63,473 nt of DNA, filler included, from Circinaria calcarea (GCA_051942165.1; 25 parts of 25 records of this genome joined end to end with filler, not necessarily neighbours in it); one strand, 5' to 3'. Numbered from the whole stretch's first letter, positions 1 through 13,435 are shown. Notes: generated by a model not told the origin, from the letters alone. Made by a program: numbers and translations.

Positions 1-544
1 GAGGAAGGTCGACCGACAACCATAGGTGGGCATGGATCAAACTTTTTTCTTCTTTTTTTTACAGAAGCTGTGGGATGTTGGATGTTTGGATGTTTGGAGC
101 AGGGAGCAGGGGCAAGGGTAGGGGCTAAGCAGGGGAAAATAAAATTTACACCCAGGGATATATGGCGAGATGGGGGTTCATTTCATTGACCCAAAATCGA
201 CCAAATGTTCTTTTGGTGTTGATGGGGTCGTCGGAAAAGGTAAACGGTAGAATATGGGGAAGGGTGTGGATGCGAATCTTGATACATCTATCGGGCCCTA
301 TTGAAACGAATACCGCCAATGAAAATATGTTTTACGGGAAATCTTGCCGCTGCATATTCCGGATGAACTAGTTGCCTTCGTGCTAAGATAGATCCCAGGG
401 AGCTTTCGAGCCCCCTTGTTCCTAGCCCCGTTTATTGGGCCTCCCGTCTTTCAACACGGTATAGTATACTTTTATGTATTCCTCGCTTTTCGTGCTATCA
501 ACCATATTTAGGCATTGTTGCCAATGACATGTTCCGGTATATAT

Positions 545-2453
545 TTAGATGCCTGTATAGCGCGTTATGGTCTCTGAACGGCTTCCATCTTCTTCTAATC
601 CAATACCGACAAACCTCCCTTTCTTCCCCGCACCTTCCACATCCCTCTCCACCTCACTGTCGGTCAAAAACGATGCCCGTGCCAGGATACTCTCGGTTTC
701 TTCTCCCATAACTTGGGCAATGACTTGCCAGGCATTATCGAGGGTTGAAATGGAAGTTTTGGTAAGGAAGGAATGCAAAACCACAGCCAGGAGGACGAGA
801 TGGACAATTGACACAATCACGACGGCGGTGTAACCCTTGTAAGACTGAGGAATTAATGCTGGTACGAGAAAAGTTTCCGAAACGGCACTCAGGTGATCGA
901 ACCTTGGCATCTGGGCGTAATAAGCCAATCCAGTGACGACTGTGTGAAGAGCCTGAATGCCTGGACCGATACCGCCCCCAGCGAGAAGATGTTCGCTTAA
1001 TAAGGAACTTATAGACAAGCCGCGTTTTCGTTGTTCAGCCTCGTCCAAAGAGACAGAGTCAATAAGCCCACCTAAGAAGCTGTCTGTTGGTGTCAAAGGA
1101 CTGCTAGCGCGCACTGCATGTTGAAGGTAGGACATCTGTTTCCCAATCAAAGAGCTATTGTCAGTAGGAACCCACGAGTTCTTAGGATGAAGGCCGAGGA
1201 TTCCTCGGTCTTGAGCGCCCGCTACGGATGACATCTGGGAAGTTTGTGCAAGAAGGCCGAGTTGCTTGCGCACATCATCGAACCTATAGAGTAGGTCTTT
1301 ACCGTTGACGACGGGTAACGGTTCTGTCCGAGCCTTGTCCCCATAAGCCTGAATGTCCAGGTCTGCAGAATTAAGGGCGGAGTAACATAATGTCGAGCTG
1401 ATCCGAAAGTCACCATGTAAGTAATCAAGATCAGTCCATTGGCCACGATGGACGGGAACAGATGGTACGCCCAGTGACTTCGTGATATTCATTGAGCCAG
1501 ACGCAACAGTGATGTTGAGAGCAAGATATGCCAAGCGTGTCTTGGGGGTGGCCCCCGATCCATTCGAGCAACCACTGTCACCGGACAAAGGTTCGAACTC
1601 ACTGATTAGGCCGCCGGCAATGTCCTCGGTGTTGTTGAGTTCCAATAACTGAAAATTCCATCCTTTATTAAAGAGAATTCGAGCGTTGAACTTGACACTT
1701 TTGGCACAAACGTCCAGTCGAGGGACGTGAGCCGTTGGAGATATATCCCCAGTCAAAAAGAAGCTTCCGTCCCAGGAAATTAAAGCCCGCAATGTCTCGT
1801 TATTCCATTCAGGTGGCATGCAGATCACCCTGGTATCTATCACGGTAGCCTTTCCAGAGTAGTTCCGTAGATGGAACCTAGACTCCTGGTCCGCAATTGG
1901 TAAGTAAGCACGGAGGGTGAGGCCAGTATCACTAACTCCATCGGGCGATTCGGAAGCTTCCTCTTGATATTCAGCAAATGTCGGGAAGAACGGCGGCCTT
2001 TGGCTCCAGTAGGTGTTCGAGTAAACCGCAGTGGAATTACATTGTGTAGGTCTAGATTTACATGCTTCGAGAGCATCACATGATCGAGGTTCGGAAACAC
2101 ACTGATACTCGAAGTTGGTCGGAACGGATCTTTCCAGAGCAGGACCCTTTATGTCAAATAGCGTGAGATCGGATAGTAAAGCCGTGGAAGTCAGTTGAGA
2201 TAGGCCTGTGGTGATAACTAAAAGAAGTGGGATCACGATCGCTCTCCAACGGCGAGGATTTTGTATGACCATCCTCGACATAATCCACGTAAGTGCATAA
2301 GGGCCGCTGTTAAAATGACGTGCTATTGACACAGCGGCAAGCTGCGAAAGGAGGACTTGCACTTCTTCTAGGCTCCGAGCTGCGATCATCCCAGTAGCGA
2401 CACTGCTTTGTAGAGAGACCGAGTTTCGGATTATGAGAGCGGAGATAGAGATA
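545..2453 (-). CDS. Uncharacterised fungal membrane protein, 5'-truncated
   Basis: Intronless ORF of over 614 aa, open to the contig edge. It has hydrophobic segments at both ends (AIVIPLLLVITT; YTAVVIVSIVHLVLLAVVL) and a lumenal region with N-glycosylation sequons. Confidence 0.75.
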
Positions 2454-2553
2454 NNNNNNNNNNNNNNNNNNNNNNNNNNNNNNNNNNNNNNNNNNNNTTA
2501 ATTAATTAANNNNNNNNNNNNNNNNNNNNNNNNNNNNNNNNNNNNNNNNNNNN
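2454..2553. other. Artificial contig linker (N-run + TTAATTAATTAA + N-run); first of 24 copies recurring every ~2.55 kb
   Basis: The same 100-nt spacer, with stops in all six frames, recurs at 5006, 7557, 10107, 12656 ... 60943. Contig lengths fall steadily from about 2453 to 2431 nt, and genes are cut off at the junctions. Confidence 0.98.
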
Positions 2554-4153
2554 TCAGTGTCCTCTCATCAATGATGCCTTTACTGCCTTTCTTCCTCAAG
2601 TACTTGCGCAAACTGCTATTCTTCCCTCTTCCCCGGTTCTTCAACGTTAACACCGGGTCTTCAGGCTTCCGGTCAAGGTCCGCTTCCTTCTTGCGTGTCT
2701 CTGCGGAAGCCACGTCAAGCTTGCCCACATAGTCAGGATTCAAGGAGATCATCTCAGGCTGCAGCTTGTTCAACAACGCCTTGACTTCTCCTTCTTGTCT
2801 TTGTTTGGTATTCTCGTAAGGGTTTATTTCCAAGGCATCAAAGTTTGCTTCGCCTGCGCCGGGAACGATGATACTCGAAAAGCCCTTGTCGTGTGATATG
2901 CCTAAGATGTCCTCGAATGGGCACCATCGGACCCGCTCGATTCGCTTGGCTTCTCCGCCCCAGCCCATGTATGGACTTTGGAGCTTTTCTTGATCCTTTA
3001 ATGATTTGTCGAACAAGCCTCTCCAAATGGAAATCTGCGTTCCCCAGCCTACAGCCGTCAAACCTCGGTCACTAATTGCCACAGAGGAACCGGGTTGTCG
3101 AAGGAAGTAGTTGTTGACCTCCCGGAACATACGTATATCCCAAACCGCCATTTTGAGATCTTGCCCTACAGAAACCATATATCGTCCTTCTCGATCAATC
3201 GCCATTGATCGGACAGGTCCTCGGTGGGCAAGGAGCTTGACAAGTGCTGTACTTGAGTTGGGTGACCAAAGTGTCACTGTCCCATTTTGATGTCCGACAT
3301 GTAAGATGGCGTTTTGTGGATTCTGGGTTAATGATATTGGTGAGCCTTGTTTGGTCGGCAATTCGATGACCATTTGACCGGTTGAGGTATCTGTATATTT
3401 AAGGTACCCGGCGTTGCCCTTCATCAATCAGTGTCTCCTTTGGGGGTCAGTCTTCTTAAGGGGGAATTGACTTACAACCGTAGCAAGTAGGAAATGATAG
3501 GGTAGAAATTCCATATTCGTTACTTCGACGTGCTTCTTAAGGCAATGCAACTCCACCCCAGCCTGATCGTAGATGTAAACGTACTTCTTCTGCGCCACCG
3601 CAAAGTATTGATCGTTATGTAACCATTTGGCGTCCCTAACCGTCTCCTGTAGTTGTAACTCGCATCCCAACTTTCCTGCCCGCCAGTCCATTGTCGAGAC
3701 ATGGCCCTTCCTCCCGGCGAGCAGCAAGCCCCTCCCGTTCCTCGTGTAGTCGACCGAGTAAGGTCCCAGAATATCCAACTTCAGCTCAAATCCTTTCTTC
3801 GCCGTCTCCACAGTAACATTCTCACGCAGCTCGTCTTGACGAACCTTGTAGGTTTTCTCGAGTGCGTGCTCAGGTTCGAGATAGCCCGACTCGTTCTCGA
3901 GCAGGATCTCTGCATCCTTTGCCTTTAACGTTGCATCTTGGTACTTGTCCTCCAAGCTTTTTAATTTGCTGCGTAGCTTTCTGTCTCTGATGCCCCGTAG
4001 AGGTATCTTACGGCCGCGTCCATAGGCTTGGTGAGCCTCCTTCAACCGACGCTTGTTCTCGGCAGCTTCAGGATCGTGTAGAGGCTTCGAAGCGGTAATG
4101 GATTGTCTCTGGGGCTGAACTCCATTAGTGTTATTTTTCACTTCCTCCTCCAT
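2554..4153 (-). CDS. UTP7: U3 snoRNP-associated WD40 protein Utp7 (BING4 C-terminal domain), 3'-truncated, one intron (~3419-3475)
   Basis: Motifs VAQKKYVYIYD, EFLPYHFLLATV, HVGHQNGTVTLWSP, WCPFEDILGISH, IIVPGAGEANFDALEINPYE. A GTAAGT...AG intron joins the two track ORFs in frame. Confidence 0.95.
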
Positions 4154-4203
4154 TGTCACGTAGACAGCGTACAATCAATCCAAGTACCCTAGAATGTTGT
4201 AAG

Positions 4204-4414
4204 AGTATGAAGCAAAAGTCATTAGCCACCCCTCATTTTTTCCAAGTCAGCTCAGCGCAGGGTAAATTGATAATACCAGTAAAATTACGTAGGGCGAAGA
4301 GAGAGAGTGTTCCGGCTAGTTTAGCGAGGTGGGTAACAATTTACTAGTATAATTAATTTACCTTGCTCTGAGCGGATTTAAAAAATGGGTGGCCAATAAC
4401 TTTTGCTCCATACT
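4204..4414. repeat. Degenerate inverted repeat (~80-bp arms, ~55-bp loop) just upstream of UTP7
   Basis: 4204-4283 (AGTATGAAGCAAAAGTCATTAGCCACCC...GCTCAGCGCAGGGTAAATTGA...CCAGTAAA) matches the reverse complement of 4340-4414 with scattered mismatches. Confidence 0.8.
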
Positions 4415-4539
4415 TTGACGTGCGAAGTATTGGCTTCTAAGGTTTGATCCAAAATTTCAAGAAAATTAGCAACCTGCATCGGCCTCACCGCACCTGAAAA
4501 CTAGGGCGAGCCCGTCCTTATTGTTGCATGACCTGGGTG

Positions 4540-5005
4540 ATTTGGGGGGTTCAGTTTTCCTTTGCTAGAAATTTGTTATGCTCGGGAGCACGGCACCGAT
4601 AGGCTAAGCCCGATACTGTAAAGCATGGGGGGCAAGCTAGCAGAAGCTGTGCATTCGTATTGGCCACACTAGGTTCACTAGCATAACATAGCTCCGTTGT
4701 GGATGTACATTGGAGCTATGTAAAGCCAGGCGAAGGGTGGCCTTGCAGACGAGCATTGATTGACTGGGAGCATTGTTATTCCGGGCCTACCTAACAATCT
4801 CCGAGCATAACAAAAAGAAACAAAACCCCCCAATTAATTGGGGGCTTTCGCAAGAATCTTGTAGGAGGTTTGTTATGTACGGAAGCCCCGCGCCGATACC
4901 TTAAGCCTGATATGGTAAGGCCCAGGTGGCAGGCATAGCCTGTTCACGCGGAATCCTCGCCTCCGTATTGGCCAGAATAGGTCACACTAGTATAACATAG
5001 CTTCA
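4540..5005. mobile_element. Tandem degenerate ~300-bp MITE-like units; the second is cut by the contig end
   Basis: TTTGTTATGCTCGG (4572) and CCGAGCATAACAAA (4801) form a perfect 14-bp inverted pair flanked by G and C runs. A second direct copy starts at ~4840 and shares blocks TTTGTTATG, CGTATTGGCCA and CACTAGYATAACATAGCT. Confidence 0.5.
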
Positions 5006-5105
5006 NNNNNNNNNNNNNNNNNNNNNNNNNNNNNNNNNNNNNNNNNNNNTTAATTAATTAANNNNNNNNNNNNNNNNNNNNNNNNNNNNNNNNNNNNNNN
5101 NNNNN

Positions 5106-5375
5106 CTGCAGAACCGCGAAGCCGTGCGCCGCCCAGAGCTCGTACAGAGGCGCGTACCCCTCCAGCGACGAGAGCGAGTTGCTCCGCCCATGACCGTGCG
5201 AGAGGAGGATAATTGGAAGGGCACCCTCGGTTGAAGGCACCGTTACGCGCAGCTGGAGGTCGACGGGGCGGCCTGGGGCGGGGAGGACGACGGGGCTGAA
5301 GGAGATGATGGGTTTAGGCGGGTTAATGGGGATATTGGCCGCGGCACCGACGAGGGCGTGGTAATCGGTATGCAT
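5106..5375 (-). CDS. Alpha/beta hydrolase, chlorophyllase/PAF-AH-like (N-terminal fragment)
   Basis: SPVVLPAPGRPVDLQLRVTVP...LPIILLSHGHGRSNSLSSLEGYAPLYELWAAHGFAVLQ; SHG motif typical of this hydrolase group. Confidence 0.8.
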
Positions 5376-6378
5376 CGTGTTCGGCTTTTTGGGGGGGGTT
5401 TAGTAGTCTTGAATTGAGTGGGAGGTTGGAGAGACGAGGAATAATCAAAGATGGTGAAAGAAGTAGTGAAGCCAAGTCGCAATATATAAGATTAAATAGA
5501 TCAGGACCAAACCTTTCGAAAGGAGTTCATTATACCATGGAGATATGGAAATAAGGCCGGACTTTACGGAGTCAGTAAGCTCGGCCTTTTTCGCTTCGGC
5601 TTCGGCTTTGGCACCGACTACCGCCCGCCCCGGAAGTTTAAGGAGTTAGGAGTTTGGGGAGATTTGAAATTGAAATTGAAATTCAAAGAGCAGGGACACT
5701 ACCGTTTTTATCGATATATACGTTACGGTTAATTATACATCCTTTCCCGTATGGGGTATAGGGAACCAAACCGAACGAGCCCCCCGGATATTTCAACTCC
5801 TCCTTTTCTTTCCACTCACTTTCCCTGTCCCCACTAAATAAACCCGGAAAGGAAAAAAAAAAAAAAAGAGCAGATTTGGGGGAAACGGGTAACTTCCTAT
5901 TCCGACGAAAACCACAAGGGGGAAAAAAAACCCCCTAAAAACGGGTTAAACGGGTTAATAGTGCCGGGAAGGAAAACGTCAGAGGAGCGGAGGGAGGGAG
6001 GGAAAAAAAAGGAAAAGAAAAAAAAGCGATTTGTGGTAAACACCCGAATGAATCAATACGACTGAAATGATTTCTCGAGCTTTCCTAGGATAACTCCTTG
6101 ATTTGGTTTATAGAAATTTAAAAGAGGGATGGGGGTTACTGGTGAAAGCCGAGTACTGAGCTCGGACAAACATATCCCCAGCCAGGCCCCCCAACCTATA
6201 CACGCCGTGTGCCTCCAAATTTCTCTTTTCCATTCGAGATGAATTGGTAAACAACCAAAAAAAGGCCAAAAACGCCCCGTGATCCCGTCATGAAGCCCCA
6301 TCACTGCATACTTTACCGCATGCACACCCTTCCGCACCTATAAACACATCCATTGGTAAGAACAGGACAGTAACCCTA

Positions 6379-7556
6379 TTAAGTAGCAACCATCGGCCCC
6401 CTCTCCCTCCTCCCTTGATTGAAGAATCGGCTCAACCTCTTCCGGAGGCCTAATTTCTTTTCGGCGGGTTTGGAGATCTCCAGGACTGTAACCGCTGATT
6501 CTTTCTCTCCTTGTTCCAGATCTGGCCTGACCACTTCCACCTTCGGCTCCGATATCGGTTCCTCCATGACAATCTCAAACTTCTCAATGTCCACACTGCG
6601 GGTGCTTATAGACGCATTTTGGCTATGGCTGTGCATGAGCCGGGAAGGAGGGAGTTGAGAATTCCGGGGACTTTGAGGGGGACTGATAGCACCAAGTCTC
6701 ATCTTTTCATCTACCAACATCTGTAACTCGCGCTGACGTCTACTGATGGCCGAATCCGTCCTTCGAAGACCATCAGTGTCGATCCGCGTACCAGGCATTT
6801 GAGAGGAGCGAGTATCGTTTTTCGTTCCCGGCATGTTGGACGATCTACCTGGGCGCATGAGTTGTGAAATGTGCATTGGCTGGGGTTGCTTTTCCTTGTA
6901 TTGATCTAGTCCCGGTAAGGGAGGAAGAGAGCGGTTAAGATCTACTCCACCAGGAGTAGAGGGCTGATCTTCTTCTTCCGGTTTGACGCTTCGGAAAGAG
7001 TTCCAGCTTCCCTTTCGACGGAGAGCACTGCCGGCTCGCCACCAACTCCCACCTCTGTTCGTGCTGCCATTACGGCTGCTGGAGCGAGAGGCGGCGCCGC
7101 CTTCGGAGCGCGTGGATCTCATGCTGTCCGAGCTTGCACGCGGACGAATGTACTCTCTGATGCTGGTTGTGATACTGCCTGCTCTGCTCTGCGGGCGTTC
7201 TAAAGGTTCCGACTGAAGTTGATGCAAGGATTGTTGACTAGGTGCACGATAGAGATGGTTGGACGTAAACGAATTCCCGCGACGTCGGGCGAGTTCTTGA
7301 GCCATCCATGCTTTTGCTTGTGCATCGGCAATCGAAGCGGCTTGGTTGTCACGGAGGACTTGCTCGGAAACGCGCTGGTTGCACGAGGATGCACTTTTTC
7401 GATCAGCTGGGGTAAGGGCGAGGGAAGTGAGGCCGGTCGAGGGGTGTCGGTCGGCAAAGGTGGTATTTGTACGAGTGGTAGATGTGCTCGTACCGGTGGA
7501 CGGACCAGTGTAGTCAATACAGGCAGCAGCAGAGGTTTTTGGTCGGGTGTCGAGTG
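6379..7556 (-). CDS. Ser/Arg-rich disordered hypothetical protein, 5'-truncated
   Basis: The frame of the 308-aa ORF stays open to the contig edge (…RPKTSAACIDY…AKAWMAQELARRR). Confidence 0.7.
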
Positions 7557-7656
7557 NNNNNNNNNNNNNNNNNNNNNNNNNNNNNNNNNNNNNNNNNNNN
7601 TTAATTAATTAANNNNNNNNNNNNNNNNNNNNNNNNNNNNNNNNNNNNNNNNNNNN

Positions 7657-7911
7657 CTCGTCATGACGGTACACCCAGGTTTCGGAGGCCAGAAATTCAT
7701 GGCTTCGGAACTTCCGAAAGTCAAGGCTTTACGGGAGCGGTATCCGGATCTTAACATTGAGGTAGATGGTGGACTGAGCGAGGAAACTATCGATCAAGCT
7801 GCGGAGGCTGGAGCAAATGTCATCGTTGCTGGATCTGCAGTGTTCGGAGCAAAGGATCCCGCGGATATGATTGCCAAACTGAGAGAGGCGGTGGAGAAGA
7901 GGAGGATATGA
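7657..7911 (+). CDS. RPE1: Ribulose-phosphate 3-epimerase, C-terminal fragment
   Basis: [20 protein letters not shown] and [13 protein letters not shown] motifs. Confidence 0.96.
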   Translation, partial: LVMTVHPGFGGQKFMASELPKVKALRERYPDLNIEVDGGLSEETIDQAAEAGANVIVAGSAVFGAKDPADMIAKLREAVEKRRI

Positions 7912-8905
7912 AGCAACAGATGACTCGTGATGATATGATGACACATGAAGGACGCATTCATCTTCCCTAGGAGAAACACCTTGAACGGCTACTAGGAAGC
8001 ACCAGATATACCTGCCGATGACTAGGCTAATGTGCAATAATTAGTGCTGACAATGCATAGCAAACACGATAGAGTGATCTACGCCTGATTCCTTGTACTT
8101 GCACATCCCACCGGACTTTGGATTCTATGTATCCGTGCTACTACTTACCAATCGCGACTGAAAGCCACCTCAGTCTCTGTTTTGTCTCGCGGCTGTGTTG
8201 TTCAAAGAAATGTCTTACTTTGTTTCTCGTGTATCGCTATGAGTGGGTTATAAGTCGGTGCATACAAGGCCTATGCAGTGGACCTTCCTGCTACGGATCA
8301 ATCTTTCCAGAACAGAACACAGAAATATATACAGACTGGTGGCCTAGCAATAGATGAGATATAACAGCTTGGCGATAATCGAAGGGGTGTGTAGGCTGGG
8401 AAGCGTTTGAGGGATAGCACAGAAATTAAGAAAACCCTCATCACACCAGGAAGCGTTCTTTGCCTACCAACAAGGATAGTATGGCGCCGTATGGTAACAA
8501 TGAATTTGGTCAGTGTAGTCTTCACTCACTCCAAACGACAATACATGAACTATGAAGTATAGTATCCGGATACAATCCTCTCCCTTTCCTAAACTCTTAA
8601 CCCTGTTGTTTTCCAACCAGGGACTAGCTCAGAGAAATACAGACTATTTGCAGTTGTAGTATTATTTCAGTCGCAAGTAGAAAGTGTAGATCTTGCTGTC
8701 TTGACTGGAAAAATAATTATCCACTGCCCTAGATGGGAGGATACTAGGAGAATCTGTGAGAATTTAGGAATGCGTCTTGTCTTACGCCTTTATTAACGAA
8801 ACTGCCCTTTGGGCTAACTAGTATAGCGTATCTCAATAAAGCATCATGATCCAAACCCTAGCTCAGCTCGTCTAACTACTCAAGCACTCAACATCGGCGG
8901 CCAAC

Positions 8906-10054
8906 ATGGCTGATTCGACGCCCAAATCCTACCATACAGATCCTACGCTCTGGCTGTACACCTCCTTAACGGCTGGCTCTTCCCAAATCATCACTGCTAC
9001 CTCCCGTCTCGAAGGCATCCTCAAAGCAAACAAGATCCCCTTCAAAGCGCTAGATGTTGCCACAGACGAGAAAGCCCGAATGCTATGGGGACGGCGAGCA
9101 GGGAAGAGGAAGTTGCCCGGCTTGGTTAGGATGGGTATGATTGTCGGTGTATGCTCTACCTCCATCCGCCCCCTCAATTGAACTAGTTCTAACGAGGACG
9201 TTGGAATATAGAACTACGAAGAAGTAGAAGAATGGAACGAATATGGCGAATTGAAAGAGAATATCGGTTCCGATACAATATCCACTTCAACTCCTTCTGC
9301 AGCGAACACACCTTCCAAAGCCCCACCATTTACCTCTTCCACCTTACAGACCCCTCAATCCACTACCACGAATCCTCCGGCCTCGGCCCCGACATCCACA
9401 TCCACAATTGCGTCTCCAGCCCCGCATCAGCCACCACAATCCACTGTATCGACACCCCTCACCCTCGCTATGCGGCAAGCGGGCCATGAAGCGGCAAAGA
9501 AAGCCGGTGACTCGAAGAAAGCATCCCTTTCAGCCAAACCCCTCCCCTCCACCCTCGCCAAATTGGACAATTCGGGCCCTACCGGTCTCCCCCCTCCCAG
9601 CGGAACCACGTTTGCAGACTCTGCCATTGCGTCCGAAACCCGCGATAGCACAGCAACGTCGAAAGCTGATGATGTTCCTGCGACTACGGCCTCTGAAACT
9701 ACAGCGGAATCTAGACCGTCTCTATTTCTAGAGGGGGAAGGACAACAGGAGTATATGAAACATCGAGCTTCGAGCGTCAGTCTTGCTGGCAAAGAGGAGA
9801 TCAAGAAGGCTATGGTTGTTGAGCAGGAGGACGAACAGGAGGACGAGGATATGGAGACGACGACGGAATCTAAGGCCCAATTGAAAGGAACCAAGAAGGC
9901 AGGGTTGGAAAAGGAGAAAGGAGAAGGCGAAGTGAAGACTTTGGATGCGACGACAAAGGGGGACGAGGCAGACGGATTACCGAGCGGAAGCAAGAACCCA
10001 CAGGAACAAGGAGCGGGAATTCCGGCAGATGTGGGTGAAAGCGTGCTTGATTGA
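8906..10054 (+). CDS. SH3BGR/thioredoxin-like fold protein with low-complexity tail; intron 9149-9211
   Basis: LYTSLTAGSS..ITATSRLE.ILKANKIPF.ALDVATDEKARMLWGRR is spliced (GTATGC...CTAAC...TAG) in frame to NYEEVEEWNEYGELKE. Confidence 0.8.
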
Positions 10055-10206
10055 AAAACGTAACGTGTTTTATTTTCCCTCGTAAAAATTTACCCCCCCC
10101 CCTCCCNNNNNNNNNNNNNNNNNNNNNNNNNNNNNNNNNNNNNNNNNNNNTTAATTAATTAANNNNNNNNNNNNNNNNNNNNNNNNNNNNNNNNNNNNNN
10201 NNNNNN

Positions 10207-10573
10207 CGACACGGAGGAGGTCAGGTCACCCATCGACATGGAGGAGAGCAGGTCGGTCGCCGACACGGAGCCGGTGGTGGAGGACTGGATCTGCGAGGCC
10301 GAGTAGATGCGTTGCACCGCCAACGGGAGTTCGTAGCTCCCGGGCACATCTTGGGTCACGATGTTCTCATCTTTGACCCCGGCAGCTCGGAGGGATTTTC
10401 GGGCTCCGGCGACGAGGGCGTCGATGACTTTGGCGTTCCAGCGAGCGTGGACAATCGCGATACGGAGGTTGGAGCCTGGGGGGGTTAGTTAGATTGCATT
10501 TCGTCAGAAACGTTCAAAAGAGAATCTCACCGTCATGCCGCTGAACTTCTCCGGGGCCTTTTAATGCGGCCAT
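10207..10573 (-). CDS. RIB4: 6,7-dimethyl-8-ribityllumazine synthase, 3'-truncated; intron 10476-10530
   Basis: MAALKGPG…[27 protein letters not shown]…[13 protein letters not shown]. Confidence 0.95.
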
Positions 10574-13435
10574 TAGTTTCTAGGGTATCTATATGAAATG
10601 AAATCCTTCGACGCCCTTTTCTTTTTTTTTGGATTTCTGCGGGATTTTGAGGGGAGCAGTCTTATGGCAGAGTTTTGGCAAATGGAGAGAAATTCAATTA
10701 TTACACTATTGGTTACAAATCCGCAAACCTACAATAAAAAAGCCAAGGGGTGAATAAATCTATGAATGAACAGCGTTCTGGGCGATGAACTTTGGGAGCT
10801 TAAAAGTCCCCCAGAGAAAACCAAAGGTGAATCTGACTGAGCAGTTTCTGGTGGGTTAAAGAAGAGCACGTAGGGGTTTGAGGAGATATCACGCTAAACA
10901 GCTTTAAGTTAGATTAATTAAAAAGCTGTTCTTGAATTCAAAGGATCTTATAAGGACCAAGAGTAAATCCAACTGGTTTTCTCAAATCTACTAGATATAA
11001 TACGTTGAATACAACCCTCCTCGTCACAAGTGGATACTTAAGCTTAAGAAATATCCCCACTCAGGAAGACAACAGTTGCCAGAAATACAACAAATGCATC
11101 CGTCACGCCCCCCAGCCTGTAGCCCCAACCTTCACATTCGATCCTTCTCCTCGTCGGCGGTATACCCGTGATCTCCCACACACGCGAACAATCCTCACGG
11201 TTTGTCCGTACCCCCCGCCGATACAACGTTATAGCCCACCTCGTATCCGGGAAGTGTCAGTAGAGAATCACCTAGCTGTGGATATACGGATTAAATAGGC
11301 CACCTGGAGAGTTATGGACGCTTTGACGTTTGGAACTTGTACTGGGAAAACCTCAATTACTTCCCCAGCTACGAAAATTCCTGGGGTGAGAATTTTTAAT
11401 AGCTCCAGAGAAACCATTTGTACTCTGTACTGAGGAAACCTTCCTCCGTAACCAGCATGTGACCCCCCCTAACTACTAACCAACAAAAAATATTTTCCGC
11501 CGAGCAAAAAGAGCATTCCAACCCCAGCCCTTTTCCCCTTCATTTCCTCTCAACCCAAACAAAACCGTTGTAAAACTCCCGGAGAGCAGAGGGATGGATT
11601 ACCATGGGGAATTTCCCTCCACCCCTACGTAGCCCCTTTCCCCAGTTCCCACGATCCCGCAGGAGGGAAGGGGGAGGGGGGGGATTTGTCTTTCAAAAAA
11701 AAAAATCACCCCCTTAATTTCCTGGCTCCCTAGTTCCCCAAATCCATCAAAAGAACATTTAACGAGTCAGTTCCCCCATATCATATCATCACCATCCACC
11801 TTCACCATTTACCATCAGGCACTGACTGGGGTGAGAACGAACCCAAAAGAGTTCTGTTTTCCCTATGGTAATAAACTCAACCTCTTTGTATATATATATA
11901 TATATGGTTGAGCTTTTTCGGGCGCCACGCCCCGATTTGACGGGGGGATAAAAAACGAGCAAAACAAGCCAGGGTACCAAGCCAAAAAAAACCCCCCTTA
12001 ATAACGGTAGTTTGGTCGAGATGCCGTCCCCTAAATGGGCCGGCCATTGACGCAAATCTATAAAGCTGAAAGCTGAAAGCTGTCTGGCCCACCCCCGCCC
12101 CTATCCTGACCCGCCCTATCATGATACCCATCACAGAATGAGATTTGGGCCATCTTCCACAAGGTCTTCTCGATAGTAGGAATACAGATTTTAATTTGGA
12201 AGAAGCGTAAAATGCAGTCGGTAGGCATGATGACTGATAAATTGGGAACTTGGCATTGGTCGCTTAATTCTCAATGTCCACATCGCCATTCCTCCGGCTA
12301 TTCCCCGGCCAGGAGAGATACAAATTGAACGCTAGATATAGATTCCGTATTCCAAGCACCTAGCCCCTAGCGAACATCCAGACGCCTCCGTGCTTGATGT
12401 CTTCCTGGTGCCGTCTATCCGAAAACCCTCACCCAAAACGCCCCCGTGGCTACTGTGCTTACACGATCGTCGCAGCTTGAAGAACGCTTGCAAAATAGAT
12501 TGCAAGCTAGCCAACCAACAATTTAACGCTCCTTTCTCACTCCTCATGGATGTGCAGCCCGAACCGGCGTATCTACGGCTTGCGTGGAAGATTCCCCTAT
12601 GTAATCCCGCGGGTTGTACGCAGTATTAACATCCGAGTCCTCCGTGCTATCCCCGNNNNNNNNNNNNNNNNNNNNNNNNNNNNNNNNNNNNNNNNNNNNT
12701 TAATTAATTAANNNNNNNNNNNNNNNNNNNNNNNNNNNNNNNNNNNNNNNNNNNNATCCCTCATACTTCGATTCTGTTGCTTTGTGGTGCTCAGAACGGG
12801 TGGGTATCGGGTTCCTGCTTCTGCCTTGGCCGCAGTACCGTCCCTAAGCATCCCGTCATGCATGAGCAAGACACAAAGCAAACCCACATCCCGTTCATTC
12901 TTAGTGTCAGTGGCTCACTACAGAAGAGAGAATCGAGACTCCTTCCTTTCTATGTTGGCAGATTGCATGATTTTACACCAGCCGGTTGACAAGTGGCATG
13001 GCCGGCAGGCTCTGAGCCTTAGCATTGCTGTTAGTTAATACTGACTTGCATCCCAGATTCTTCATCGCTGCAGTCCACTGCAAAGCACATTGCAAAGCAT
13101 TGTAAAGAAGACAAGGCGACGGTGCCCTAAGGAACATCCCTAAGATCACGGGACTTGACGGGGAATAATAACCGGGGGTACCTCGCTTAGCTTCGTTCTG
13201 TCCTTTTCCGGAACAGTCTATGCGGACACAAACAAGAAGTGACTTCCTGCATCTCTTCCACCAGATCCTTCTTCAAGTAACACACCTTACATCCGGTGCA
13301 GAGTTGCCATCTCCATCTACTGATACATTGCCCAGGTGTAAAGCATCTTGCTCCAGTGTATTGCCACCGAGATCTCTCTTTACTTGAAGAACGCCAGCTA
13401 TCATCTTTAGGAAGCGGAGTCTGACGAGCTTGTAA

